This document shows, piece by piece, positions 27,253-36,797 of a DNA stretch of 64,000 bases (positions are counted from its first letter, which is position 1; every line of letters begins with the position of its first letter). The notes below the pieces were generated by a model that saw only the letters and a program-made list of their open reading frames with translations, was not told the DNA's origin and ran no database searches. The stretch comes from Thermoplasmatota archaeon (GTDB lineage Archaea > Thermoplasmatota > Penumbrarchaeia > Penumbrarchaeales > Penumbrarchaeaceae): the NCBI GenBank assembly GCA_029762535.1, contig JARVGK010000002.1:73603-137602 (forward strand). The letters run 5' to 3'. The position numbers and the translations under genes were made by a program.

Positions 27253-28053
27253 ATGAATGTTTCCGAAAAGGGCAGGGAGAGAATGCTGGCTCGGCTGGAT
27301 GAGGAGATGAGGCTTCGGAAGTATTCGCCTGCGACAATGAAGCAGTATCTCGGATTCATCAAGAGGTTCCTTGATTCCGGATCCGATCCCCGGAGCTTCA
27401 TGCTGGGTCTCTCCGACAGATGCTCACGATCCACGGTCCGATCCGCTTACTTCTCCCTGACGTTCTTCTATCGATATGTCCTTCATCAACCCTTCGACGA
27501 GGGGATCCCCCTCGCAAAGCGCGGTGGGAGGCTTCCAACGGTACTCAATCGCGAAGAGGTCCATTCCATGATCGATAGCGCCGTGAACGTTAAGCACAAG
27601 GTCCTGCTGATGCTTCTGTATTATGGTGGCCTAAGGCTCAGCGAGGCTCGATCCCTGCGCTGGGAGGGTCTCGATTTCGAACGGGGGATCATCCATATAA
27701 AGCACGGGAAGGGGGATCGGGATCGGGTCGTCTTTCTCCATTCCAGGCTTGCAGAGGCGCTTTCCGTATTGGGGGTTAAAAGCGAAGGTTGCGTATTGAT
27801 CTCTTCGGTCTCCAAAGGAGCCTATACACCAAGGGGTATCCAGTTGACTGTCGCGGATATCGCTAAACGGGCGGGGATAAAAAAGAGGGTCAGTCCCCAT
27901 ACGCTTCGGCACAGCTTCGCGACCCATCTCCTTGAGGCCGGGGCTGACGTCAGGCACATACAGAAGCTTCTGGGGCACAGGAACCTGTCGACAACACAAG
28001 TATACACCCACATCGCCGACCGGGAAATGATCAGGATAGTTTCCCTGCTCTGA
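27253..28053 (+). CDS. tyrosine-type site-specific recombinase (Xer/XerA-like)
   Basis: 266 aa. R..., HTLRHSFATHLLEAGADVRHIQKLLGH, and the catalytic Y in STTQVYTHI. No IntI-type extra domain. GC is like the host. Confidence 0.75.
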   Translation: MNVSEKGRERMLARLDEEMRLRKYSPATMKQYLGFIKRFLDSGSDPRSFMLGLSDRCSRSTVRSAYFSLTFFYRYVLHQPFDEGIPLAKRGGRLPTVLNREEVHSMIDSAVNVKHKVLLMLLYYGGLRLSEARSLRWEGLDFERGIIHIKHGKGDRDRVVFLHSRLAEALSVLGVKSEGCVLISSVSKGAYTPRGIQLTVADIAKRAGIKKRVSPHTLRHSFATHLLEAGADVRHIQKLLGHRNLSTTQVYTHIADREMIRIVSLL

Positions 28054-28200
28054 CATGCTAAAACAATGACCAGCTCCAATACGGTACATAGCCTTAGCTA
28101 GGACGCGGGTCCTTTCTTCACCGCCCCTTTCACAGGGCTCCGTTCAGATGCCGCTCCGGGTCGCATAGATGAGTGTTATTTGTTATCCAGTTGTACCTCC

Positions 28201-29298
28201 TCAGCCGTCCTTGAGATCTTTGTCCATCGACTTCTTCTTTTTCTTCTTCGGCGGTGGATGAGCGATCCCTGGCAGTTTCGAGCCGCTCTTTGGGCCCGAG
28301 GGTTTCGCGCTCGCGTTCGAGCGCTTCACGGCCCAGACTATCAAGGCTATGATGATGATCACGGCCATCATGGGAAAGATCATCAATACCAATAGCGGTA
28401 GCAAAGTGAAGAGCATCATGAACACGAATAATGCCAACATCGCCTCTTCATCCATAGGATCAAATTCCTGCGATGGAACTATGAACATGGTCAGGTTGTA
28501 TCCGCCTCTGCCCCTGACCGATACGGTTACTGAGGTATCATAATAGTAGCTACCCTCCAACACGTCGGAATCGTTCTCGTCGGGTCCGCTGACGCCGAGA
28601 GATATGTCCCAGCTAGAGGGGACCTCCACACTTCTGGAATATGTCTGAAGATATACCGTGCCCGTTTCGTTATCCGTCTTCTCGAGCGTGATCTCAAGGG
28701 CCTCCCCGGCCGGCACCATGATCCTGTAGTAATGTGACTCGGCAATATTTGGATCCGCATCGTGGACGTATCCCGAATAGGATCCCTCGTCCACGTACTG
28801 GGCCTGCTCCCAACTATCGTGCCTCTGCGGCGGGGGCGGGACCTCCTTTATGGGGGTCAAATTGACATTCAGATGGTAAGTGCCGTTCCCCTCGACGACC
28901 AGATGGACCCTCGATCTGGAATTCTGAGAATTCTCCCACCTGCCGATAAATACCTCCCCTGGAACGCTGAGGACCATGTCCAGAGGGGAATGGAGCCTCA
29001 TTTTTTCCTCATCGTATGTCCTGATGCTGATCGCGTGAGGGCCCAGATCCGTCTTCTTGAAAGATAGTTCAAGAACGTGCTTCATCTCGACATCGACGGC
29101 GAAGATATCCCTGTCTATCTGTATCGGTCCGGTCGCGTCGAACGATGAACTAACTTCTCCCTCCAATTCGCCAACGGTCAAAACCTGTGGCGAGTCGAGC
29201 GAATCGTTGGGCTCCAACTCCGCTTGCGCCCCGCATGATAAGGGCAAGGCCAGGAACAGAAGGACCAGGCCTATCAACCATCTCCTTCCCGGGAACAT
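28201..29298 (-). CDS. secreted type-I membrane protein with a Lys-rich cytoplasmic tail
   Basis: N-terminal signal MFPGRRWLIGLVLLFLALPLSCGAQA. C-terminal TM region followed by PPPKKKKKKS. Confidence 0.5.
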   Translation of the reverse strand: MFPGRRWLIGLVLLFLALPLSCGAQAELEPNDSLDSPQVLTVGELEGEVSSSFDATGPIQIDRDIFAVDVEMKHVLELSFKKTDLGPHAISIRTYDEEKMRLHSPLDMVLSVPGEVFIGRWENSQNSRSRVHLVVEGNGTYHLNVNLTPIKEVPPPPQRHDSWEQAQYVDEGSYSGYVHDADPNIAESHYYRIMVPAGEALEITLEKTDNETGTVYLQTYSRSVEVPSSWDISLGVSGPDENDSDVLEGSYYYDTSVTVSVRGRGGYNLTMFIVPSQEFDPMDEEAMLALFVFMMLFTLLPLLVLMIFPMMAVIIIIALIVWAVKRSNASAKPSGPKSGSKLPGIAHPPPKKKKKKSMDKDLKDG

Positions 29299-29343
29299 GT
29301 ATATTGCAACGTTTCTTCGATATTTAATCGTTCCCCGAAGCGG

Positions 29344-30846
29344 TCAGGGAATGATCGAGATCTCATCAAGCATATCCGTGGCACACATGGAATAACCCCT
29401 TCTCTCGAACGCCGCCTCTCCCGCCTTCCCGTTGAGATAAGCCCCCAGGCACGCGGAGTCGAATGTGGACATGCCCCGCGCCATCAGACCTGCACAGAGG
29501 CCTGCGAGTACGTCCCCCGTTCCTCCCTTGCTCATCGCAGGATGCCCCGAAGTGTTCCTCCTGACGAGGAGCGGCTCATCATTGAAGGGTGTCTGTATAT
29601 GCTTTCCAAGACCGTGAGGTCCGTGCCCGATGATGAGATCCACTTGACCCTTGCACAGAAGAACGTAGCCGGACCGCGAAGCGAAGTACATGGTTGCTTC
29701 CTCGAGGTCCTCCACTCCTTTGGACTTTGCACCAAGCAAGGCCTTGAGCTCACCCGCATGGGGAGTTATCAAGACATCCCCAATTATGGCAAGAGGGTCC
29801 GCGGCCATCGCATGTATGCCATCGGCATCTACAACGATCCTCTTTCCCTTTCCGGATGCCTCCCTCATGGCAAGCAAGAGCAGCTCAACGGTACCGTGAT
29901 CCCTGCCCGCACCCGGACCGATCAGGACCGTATCGGACCATTCTATCAACTGTACTATTTGGGCCATGTCCCTCTCCACAAGGCGGATCGATCCTTCCTT
30001 CCCGACGCCCTCGACTATGATGTCGGGGCTGTATCCGGCAAGGACGTTCCTAATCCCGGTGGGAACCGCTGCCCTAACCAGGTCCGCCCCCGCTCTGAGA
30101 GCGCCCATGGAAGAGAGCAGTGGGGCTCCCGTGTAAGGGCCGCCCCCGATCACCAGCACCTTGCCCATGTCCCCTTTTTTGGAGCTTTTTACCGGTATTG
30201 GATAGCGTAGGAGGTCCCCTGGACCGACGACCGTTGCGGCCTCTTCGGGGATCCCTATGTCCGAGACCGAGATCCTGCCGCATTCCGGCAGGGGATCTTC
30301 TCCCCGGTACATATTGGACTTGACGTCATGGAAGGTCACGGTCACTGCAGCCTTGATGCAGGGATCGTATCCGATTCCCGAGGGTATGTCTATTGATACG
30401 ATATCCCTTCCCGACGAGTTCATGGCCTTGATAAGAGATGCAGATATACCTTCCGGGGCACCTCTTGCGCCCGCCCCCAGGAGCCCGTCGACGATGAGAT
30501 CACAACTCCCCATCAAACCTTCGATCTCCTTTTGGGACATGCCTTTGGCTTTGAGAGGGACGATGCCAGACCACACAGCTGCCGTCCTGGCCAGGTCAGT
30601 TCCCGGATCGCCCGCGGAGAGTACCGCCACATCGTATTCGGATTCCTTGAGATATCTTGCGGCTACGTAGCCGTCGCCGCCGTTGTTGCCCTTGCCGCAG
30701 ACGAAGAGAACGCCTGCGGGGGCTTTAATCATCCTCATTATCTCATCTGCGAGGGATCTGCCAGCATTGTCCATGAGCGTGGAAGTTTCCATCCCCAAGG
30801 CCATCGCGTTCCTGTCGAGGATCTTGACCTCCCGCGGATCGATCAT
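29344..30846 (-). CDS. nnr: bifunctional NAD(P)H-hydrate epimerase / ADP-dependent dehydratase
   Basis: YjeF N-terminal domain (GNNGGDG) plus the carbohydrate-kinase-like C-terminal domain (GPG.G....G.GDVLAG). The ORF extends to 30930, but the internal Met (MIDPREV) is the likely start. Confidence 0.7.
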   Translation of the reverse strand: MIDPREVKILDRNAMALGMETSTLMDNAGRSLADEIMRMIKAPAGVLFVCGKGNNGGDGYVAARYLKESEYDVAVLSAGDPGTDLARTAAVWSGIVPLKAKGMSQKEIEGLMGSCDLIVDGLLGAGARGAPEGISASLIKAMNSSGRDIVSIDIPSGIGYDPCIKAAVTVTFHDVKSNMYRGEDPLPECGRISVSDIGIPEEAATVVGPGDLLRYPIPVKSSKKGDMGKVLVIGGGPYTGAPLLSSMGALRAGADLVRAAVPTGIRNVLAGYSPDIIVEGVGKEGSIRLVERDMAQIVQLIEWSDTVLIGPGAGRDHGTVELLLLAMREASGKGKRIVVDADGIHAMAADPLAIIGDVLITPHAGELKALLGAKSKGVEDLEEATMYFASRSGYVLLCKGQVDLIIGHGPHGLGKHIQTPFNDEPLLVRRNTSGHPAMSKGGTGDVLAGLCAGLMARGMSTFDSACLGAYLNGKAGEAAFERRGYSMCATDMLDEISIIP

Positions 30847-30850
30847 GGGA

Positions 30851-33421
30851 TCACTCCAGTATCTCGGCCTCCACCGGCTCTTCGCCCAGGGCCTGCCTCG
30901 AGAGCATATCGGCCCTCCTGACCGACTCATCGTCTGGCGGAGGGCTCAGAGGTCTTGTGCTCCCGCTCGAGGGCCTCTCCTTAACCTCGGGGCTGGCTTG
31001 GGGCTTCTGCTGGACGGATTGTTTCTTTCCGAGCCTGAAGTATGCGAACGCCCCGACCATCGCCAGAAGGACGATGAACACCGATATCGAAATGATCATT
31101 ATCAAGTCCGTGTCGAGCTTTTGCTTCTCGCCTTTGGAATGGATCTCGAGAGGGAGGGACGATGTATTCCCTCCGGCTGTGGCCTTCACGGTTAGTTCGT
31201 AGTTCTCGTCCTTTTCCGAAGCTGGGAGTGATATCTTCACCATCACATCGCCGGAGTCACCCGGTGCGAGCTTTAGCGATGTGGGAGTGATGACGCCTAT
31301 AATATCTTCCGGCGTCTCAAGGGAGAGGGATACGTCCTCGTTATAATTCCCATGGTTCATGACCGTAATGTTGTCCACCGCCTCCGAACCAGCCTTACCC
31401 TCGATGGGCATGATCCTATCGATGGTCATTTTGATGTCGGTCACCCTCGGTATTTTGACCTCGAGGTCCAAACTGGAATCGTCTCCTATGCCTTCCATGG
31501 AGACGGTCACGGTCTTCCCCGCTGAGGGGGTATGTTCCTCACCCCTTGCGGGAGTTACCGAAAGGTTGTAGGCGGCGTTCTCCCCGGGCGCAAGCTCCAT
31601 GCTGGAGAAGTCACCGGACACGTCCCAACCTTCCGGCCCCGTGGATGTGACGTATACCAAAGCCGAGGCGAGTGTGGGGTTGTAGAGGTCCAGTACGAAC
31701 GACAGTTGCCTGTAGGCGACGGGGTAAGTGTTCCCGGACCTCGAAGCGGTATGAGAGACGGTCCCACCCCTCGCAGAGATGGTCGCTTTTTGATCGTCCA
31801 CCACTGTCAGTGTAAGGTAGGCGTAGCGTTTTTCCGTCTCCCCCCTCTGGCGGGCGAAAGCCCTCAGATCGTGCCGGCCTTCGTCCGATCCTGTGCCGGC
31901 AGTGACGTTCAATGCCAGGTCCAGGATCTCCCCCGGCCCCACGTTCACGCTCCAGTAAACGGCGCCTTGTGTGACGCCTTTACCCGAGAAGGTCGAAGTC
32001 ACCCCACGGGGCGGATCCTCGAGTGAGAGCTCGTAGCTGTTCGAGGAGTTCTCGATATTGCGCAGCTTCAGCCCATATGACGCCGTTGTGCCCTTGAGAA
32101 CGGCGGCTTGGTTCTGGCCAATGACCTCAAGGGAAAAGGTCGCGGCCTTGGCCACTATCGCCGATCCGGTTGACTCGTACTCCTTGCCGGAATTTCGCGA
32201 ACCGGCCTTGAACGTCAATTCGTCCTCGGTGCCCACCGGGGCATCTATGGGAACGCTGACCCTGAACGAGACGATGATCTCCTCGCCGCCTGCGATCTCG
32301 CTCTCGGGGGGAAACTGTATCGCCCAACCCCTCTCGCTGGTCCCGGAGAAGGTCACCCTGTCGCTCGAGGTCCCGCCGTTGATGACGCTCGCTTCGAACT
32401 CTGTCACATCGCCTGCGTCAACGTTCCTGGGCGAGGGATCGATCAGGCTGAATATCAAGCCGGAGGTGACCTTGAGGGTCATCTCACCCAGAGCCTCCTG
32501 TCCCGTCCAGGACCTTCCGGTCGCCCTGAGGTTGTAATCGCCTTCCGGCAGGTTCTCGGGTACTGTATACGTATGGTTGAAATAAGCCCACTCCTGTCCG
32601 CCCGATGGCTGGGGATCGTCCGTGGTTACGTCCAATATCACGTCCCCCGCACTGTTCGTGAGGTTGATCTCGATGCTTTCCAGGTCATAGGCCCCGAAGG
32701 CGTCTCGGACCCCGGCGGAAAATATGACCGTCCTGGCGTTCGCCGGACCGTTGGGCATCACCTCGTCCACTTCCTGGCCGTCCCTGAAGACCCCTACTTT
32801 CACACCATCTGCATGGATCGGGTCCGCCAGCATCTCGACGAAGGAGTGCTCGCCTCCGCTCGAATAGAGGAACTGGAACGTCGGGAGAAGCCCGCTGCCC
32901 TTGGTGATTGTGATGCGCAGCCTGAGATAGGATCCCTTGGCAGCGGCCTCGGAGCTGCCGATCATGGCCATCTCATAGTCCGAAGATGTCATTGAGGACT
33001 GTTCTATCTCGGCCGAGGCGAGCGTCCTCTCTCCATCGCTCTGATCGACCTCGAGAAGCTCCATGGTCATCTCCATGCCGCTTGTCCCAGGAGTAATGGT
33101 GGGAGACTCCAGATGGAGTTTTATCATATTGGCCCCGCCCTTGAGCTCTCCGGAGATCTCAAGTTCGGTCGTGAGAGGGTAAGGTGTGTCGTAGCTCACG
33201 CTCCCCCCTACCGCGATAGTCTCCAGGGGGGATGTCAGGCCCGCTTCCGGGATCTCGGTCGTCAGGATGCGCGGCGACCTGACCAGATATAGTTTGGTCT
33301 GGTTCAGGGGTATTCCATCGGCATCCTGCGAACCGAGTATGAACACGAAGGCTCCGATAATTAGCATGAACATGATCATCGCTTGAACGAATGAGCGTTT
33401 CATTTCTACCGCCTTCTCCAT
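30851..33421 (-). CDS. large secreted surface (S-layer-like) protein with C-terminal TM anchor
   Basis: 856 aa. N-terminal signal, Thr/Ser/Gly-rich beta-rich body, C-terminal LIMIISISVFIVLLAMVGAFAYF followed by a cytoplasmic tail. Confidence 0.55.
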   Translation of the reverse strand: MEKAVEMKRSFVQAMIMFMLIIGAFVFILGSQDADGIPLNQTKLYLVRSPRILTTEIPEAGLTSPLETIAVGGSVSYDTPYPLTTELEISGELKGGANMIKLHLESPTITPGTSGMEMTMELLEVDQSDGERTLASAEIEQSSMTSSDYEMAMIGSSEAAAKGSYLRLRITITKGSGLLPTFQFLYSSGGEHSFVEMLADPIHADGVKVGVFRDGQEVDEVMPNGPANARTVIFSAGVRDAFGAYDLESIEINLTNSAGDVILDVTTDDPQPSGGQEWAYFNHTYTVPENLPEGDYNLRATGRSWTGQEALGEMTLKVTSGLIFSLIDPSPRNVDAGDVTEFEASVINGGTSSDRVTFSGTSERGWAIQFPPESEIAGGEEIIVSFRVSVPIDAPVGTEDELTFKAGSRNSGKEYESTGSAIVAKAATFSLEVIGQNQAAVLKGTTASYGLKLRNIENSSNSYELSLEDPPRGVTSTFSGKGVTQGAVYWSVNVGPGEILDLALNVTAGTGSDEGRHDLRAFARQRGETEKRYAYLTLTVVDDQKATISARGGTVSHTASRSGNTYPVAYRQLSFVLDLYNPTLASALVYVTSTGPEGWDVSGDFSSMELAPGENAAYNLSVTPARGEEHTPSAGKTVTVSMEGIGDDSSLDLEVKIPRVTDIKMTIDRIMPIEGKAGSEAVDNITVMNHGNYNEDVSLSLETPEDIIGVITPTSLKLAPGDSGDVMVKISLPASEKDENYELTVKATAGGNTSSLPLEIHSKGEKQKLDTDLIMIISISVFIVLLAMVGAFAYFRLGKKQSVQQKPQASPEVKERPSSGSTRPLSPPPDDESVRRADMLSRQALGEEPVEAEILE

Positions 33422-33546
33422 ATGTGGGCCGCCCTTAAATAATTGGCCCGTATCCTCATTGCCTTAACTTGCGTATAAAGTTTTTTTTCCGCAATAGATA
33501 TGTAAATGGATTCGGATACGCCGCAAACCCCGGAAGTGAGCCTACC

Positions 33547-35631
33547 ATGGTCCAGAAACGCATCGACGATCATCCGATCCTTTCGCCAAAAGACGAAAGG
33601 GAAGTGCGCTTCAGTTGGAACGGAAAGGAGATGACAGGCCTCGATGGCGAGATGATCTCCTCCGCATTGATAGCGAACGATATCCACGTTTTCGGCCATC
33701 ACGAGAAGGACAATAGCCCTCAGGGAATATTCTGTGCCAACGGTCAATGCTCCCAGTGCCTGGTCCTCGTCAACGGCAGGCCCCTCAAGGCATGCATGAC
33801 TCCTCTGTGCGGGGGCATGGACGTCCGATCCGTCGATGGACTGCCATCCATACCCGAGGATACGGACAAGGCGAAACCCCTCGACACCCCGCTCAATGAG
33901 GTCGATGTGCTGATAATCGGCGGAGGCCCCGCGGGATTGTCGGCATCGATAGAGCTGGGCGAACGCGGGGTCGATGTCCTGCTCATAGACGATAAGGATC
34001 GTCTAGGTGGCAAGCTTGTACTCCAGACCCACAAGTTCTTCGGTTCTGTGGAGGACTCCTACGCCGGCACCAGAGGATACGAGATCGGGAAAATACTCTC
34101 CGAAAAGGTAAGGGCGCTTGAAAGCGTCGAGGTCTGGCTCGAGACAACGGCCGTTGGCGTGTTCTCCGACGGGATCGTCGGGGCCGTCAAGGGGAGCGAA
34201 TACAGGCTGATAAGGCCGAAGAAGCTTCTGGTGGCGACCGGTGCAAGGGAGAAGATGCTCTCGTTCCCCGGCAACACGCTGCCGGGCGTTTACGGAGCTG
34301 GGGCTTTCCAGACCCTTGTGAACCGGGACCTCGTCAAATGCTCCGAGAGGGTCCTTATAGTGGGCGGGGGCAACGTCGGACTGATAGCTGGATACCACGC
34401 CATTCAGGCCGGGATCGGGGTTGTGGCGCTCGTGGAGGCACTGCCCCAGGTCGGAGGGTACAAGGTACACGCCGACAAGCTCAGAAGGCTCGGCGTTCCG
34501 ATACTGACAAGGCACACCGTTTTGGCCGCCCACGGGTCGGACAAAGTCGGATCCGTGACGATAGCGGGGCTGGACGATAGCTGGAAGGTCGTACCGGGCA
34601 CGGAGAGGACGTTCGAGGTTGACACCATATTGATCGCCGTGGGGCTCTCCGAGGTGAACGAGTTCTACCTCAAGGCGAATGAATGGGGCATAGACGTCTA
34701 TTCGGCAGGGGACGCCCAGGAGATAGCCGAGGCCTCGGCCGCTATGTTCACGGGGAAGATAGAGGGCATGAGGATATGCAGTGCGCTGGGGCTCGATGTG
34801 GGGGAGATCCCCGCCGAATGGGAGGAGAAAGCGATCATACTCAAGTCGAAACCCGGACCCGTCAGGGAGTGGATACCTCCGGAGAGGGAGGAAGGCGTTT
34901 TCCCTATCTTCCACTGCACCCAGGAGGTGCCGTGCAATCCCTGCACCTCCGTTTGCCCGGTCGGGGCGATCCGGACCGAGAACGATTCCATAACCGGGCT
35001 GCCTTACATGCCCGACCTCTCAAAATGCATTGGATGCTTAAGCTGCGTCGCCATATGCCCGGGCCTCGCGGCGACCGTTGTTGATTACCGGAAGGACGCA
35101 AAGAACCCCACCGTCACCCTGCCCTACGAGATCTGGAGGAAGGAAGTCGAACCGGGGACAAAAGTGCCCGTATCGGACAGGGACGGGGCAGTTCTAGGAC
35201 GTTTCCCGGTGGAGAAGGTCATAGCGAACCCCAAGTATCCCGGGACGCTCATGGTGCAGGTGAAGCTTCCACGGGATGCGGCCAAGAGGGCCGTGGGCAT
35301 CTGGGTGCAGGAGGAGAACCGCGAGCCCTCCGAGCTCTACGAGAAGGAGCCGCTTCCCGATTCCGCCGTGATCTGCAGGTGCGAGAGGGTCACTGCCGGG
35401 GAGATAAGATCCGCGATACGCTCCGGGGTGAGGGATATGAACCAGCTCAAGGCCCTGACCCGCGCGGGGATGGGCGCCTGCGGCAGCAAGACCTGCAGGG
35501 TGATGATACACCGTATCTTCAGGGAGGAGGGAATAGATGTCTCGGAGGTCACGGACAGGACCGACAGGCCCCTGTTCGTGGAGGTGCCGATGGGAGCCCT
35601 TGCCGGTGAGAGGAGGGATGGAATTGAGTAG
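33547..35631 (+). CDS. FAD/NAD(P)-binding oxidoreductase, alpha-type subunit (sarcosine oxidase / proline dehydrogenase-alpha like) with [2Fe-2S] and 4Fe-4S ferredoxin motifs
   Basis: GGGPAG dinucleotide motifs. CxxC....CNPCTSVCP and CIGCLSCVAICP clusters. C-terminal BFD-like CRCERVT...C..C. The ORF runs from 33469; the start is likely the Met at 33547. Ends at TAG. Confidence 0.65.
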   Translation: MVQKRIDDHPILSPKDEREVRFSWNGKEMTGLDGEMISSALIANDIHVFGHHEKDNSPQGIFCANGQCSQCLVLVNGRPLKACMTPLCGGMDVRSVDGLPSIPEDTDKAKPLDTPLNEVDVLIIGGGPAGLSASIELGERGVDVLLIDDKDRLGGKLVLQTHKFFGSVEDSYAGTRGYEIGKILSEKVRALESVEVWLETTAVGVFSDGIVGAVKGSEYRLIRPKKLLVATGAREKMLSFPGNTLPGVYGAGAFQTLVNRDLVKCSERVLIVGGGNVGLIAGYHAIQAGIGVVALVEALPQVGGYKVHADKLRRLGVPILTRHTVLAAHGSDKVGSVTIAGLDDSWKVVPGTERTFEVDTILIAVGLSEVNEFYLKANEWGIDVYSAGDAQEIAEASAAMFTGKIEGMRICSALGLDVGEIPAEWEEKAIILKSKPGPVREWIPPEREEGVFPIFHCTQEVPCNPCTSVCPVGAIRTENDSITGLPYMPDLSKCIGCLSCVAICPGLAATVVDYRKDAKNPTVTLPYEIWRKEVEPGTKVPVSDRDGAVLGRFPVEKVIANPKYPGTLMVQVKLPRDAAKRAVGIWVQEENREPSELYEKEPLPDSAVICRCERVTAGEIRSAIRSGVRDMNQLKALTRAGMGACGSKTCRVMIHRIFREEGIDVSEVTDRTDRPLFVEVPMGALAGERRDGIE

Positions 35632-36775
35632 GTACGACGTCATCGTGGTGGGGGCGGGGTCCGTCGGAGTGCCGACGGCCCTGGCGATGGCAGAGGCGGG
35701 ACTGAAGGTAGCGGTGATCGACAAGTACCCCTCTCCCGGACAGGGCGAGAACAAGCACGCCATAGGCGGGATCCGCGCTACGCACTCCGACGCGGCAAAG
35801 ATCCTAACGTGCGTGAGGTCCCTTGAGATCTTCTCCACATGGGAGAACAAAAGAGGGGACGACATTGAATGGATCCGGGGAGGCTACTGCTTCCCCGTTT
35901 ACAGGGATATCGAGGAAAATGCCCTCAAGTCTTTACTGCCCATACAGAAGGAGCATGGTCTGGACATCGACTTCGTCGGACCTGACAGGATCCAGGAGCT
36001 GATCCCGGGGATCGAGAAAGAGGGCTTGATCGGAGGGACCTTCTCCCCCGGGGACGGGTCCGCCTCCCCTCTGCTTTCGGTGAACGCGATGTACAGGGCG
36101 GCCGTATCCGCCGGGGCGGAGTTCCTGTTCAAGCATGAAGTGAAGAGGATACACCTCAGCGGAGGCAAGGTGAATGGTGTCGACACCCCCGCCGGACGCA
36201 TGGAGGCAGATGTCGTTGTGGACGCGGCCGGGCCGTATTCACCGGAGCTATGCCGCAGCGTCGGGGTCGATCTCCCGGTCGTTCCGGATTCGCACGAGGG
36301 GGCGATTACCGAGCCGGTTAAAAGGTTCTTCGAGCCGATGGTCGTCGATCTCAGGCCCGCGCCGGGGTCGAAGAACTACTACTTCTATCAGAACAAGCAC
36401 GGGCAGGTCGTGTTCTGCATCACCCCGGACCCCCCTATAGTTGGAACGGACCACAGGGAGACGTCCGTTTTCCTCCCTCAGGTGGCAAGGAGGATGCTAT
36501 TTATTCTCCCCCGGTTGAGGCATATACGGGTCAGGCGGGTATGGAGAGGGTTGTATCCTATGACCCCTGACGGATCGCCGTTGGTGGGATGGAACAGGAA
36601 GGTCGAAGGACTGCTCCATGCCACGGGGATGTGCGGGCAGGGCTACATGATCGGCCCCGGAATAGGCGAGGTGATAGCAAGGCTCGTTACAGGGTCATCG
36701 ACACATGAAGACGGACCTATACTGGCCGGATTCGACCCCTACAGGCAGTTTTTGGGGGCGGAGGCCCTCAAATGA
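35618..36775 (+). CDS. FAD-dependent oxidoreductase, beta-type subunit (sarcosine oxidase-beta / DadA-like)
   Basis: MELSRYDVIVVGAGSVGVPTALAMA is a Rossmann GxGxxG. Its start overlaps the alpha gene's 3' end. Confidence 0.7.
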   Translation: MELSRYDVIVVGAGSVGVPTALAMAEAGLKVAVIDKYPSPGQGENKHAIGGIRATHSDAAKILTCVRSLEIFSTWENKRGDDIEWIRGGYCFPVYRDIEENALKSLLPIQKEHGLDIDFVGPDRIQELIPGIEKEGLIGGTFSPGDGSASPLLSVNAMYRAAVSAGAEFLFKHEVKRIHLSGGKVNGVDTPAGRMEADVVVDAAGPYSPELCRSVGVDLPVVPDSHEGAITEPVKRFFEPMVVDLRPAPGSKNYYFYQNKHGQVVFCITPDPPIVGTDHRETSVFLPQVARRMLFILPRLRHIRVRRVWRGLYPMTPDGSPLVGWNRKVEGLLHATGMCGQGYMIGPGIGEVIARLVTGSSTHEDGPILAGFDPYRQFLGAEALK

Positions 36776-36797
36776 TCCGAGTTCCGGCCCCGCCTTA

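Noticed and set aside
27253-28053. Calling the recombinase a canonical integron integrase (IntI)
   Set aside because: At 266 aa it is too short and lacks the IntI-specific insertion between the conserved patches. It looks like an XerA/XerCD-type recombinase. The integron analogy is kept only at the level of architecture.
33406-36454. Many antisense or overlapping ORFs inside GC-rich genes (for example 34003..34914 -, 35194..35865 -, 31532..32026 +, 4603..5043 -, 810..1121 +)
   Set aside because: They lie entirely within longer ORFs that have clear domain signatures. Long antisense open frames of this kind are expected in high-GC sequence. None carries a recognisable motif.
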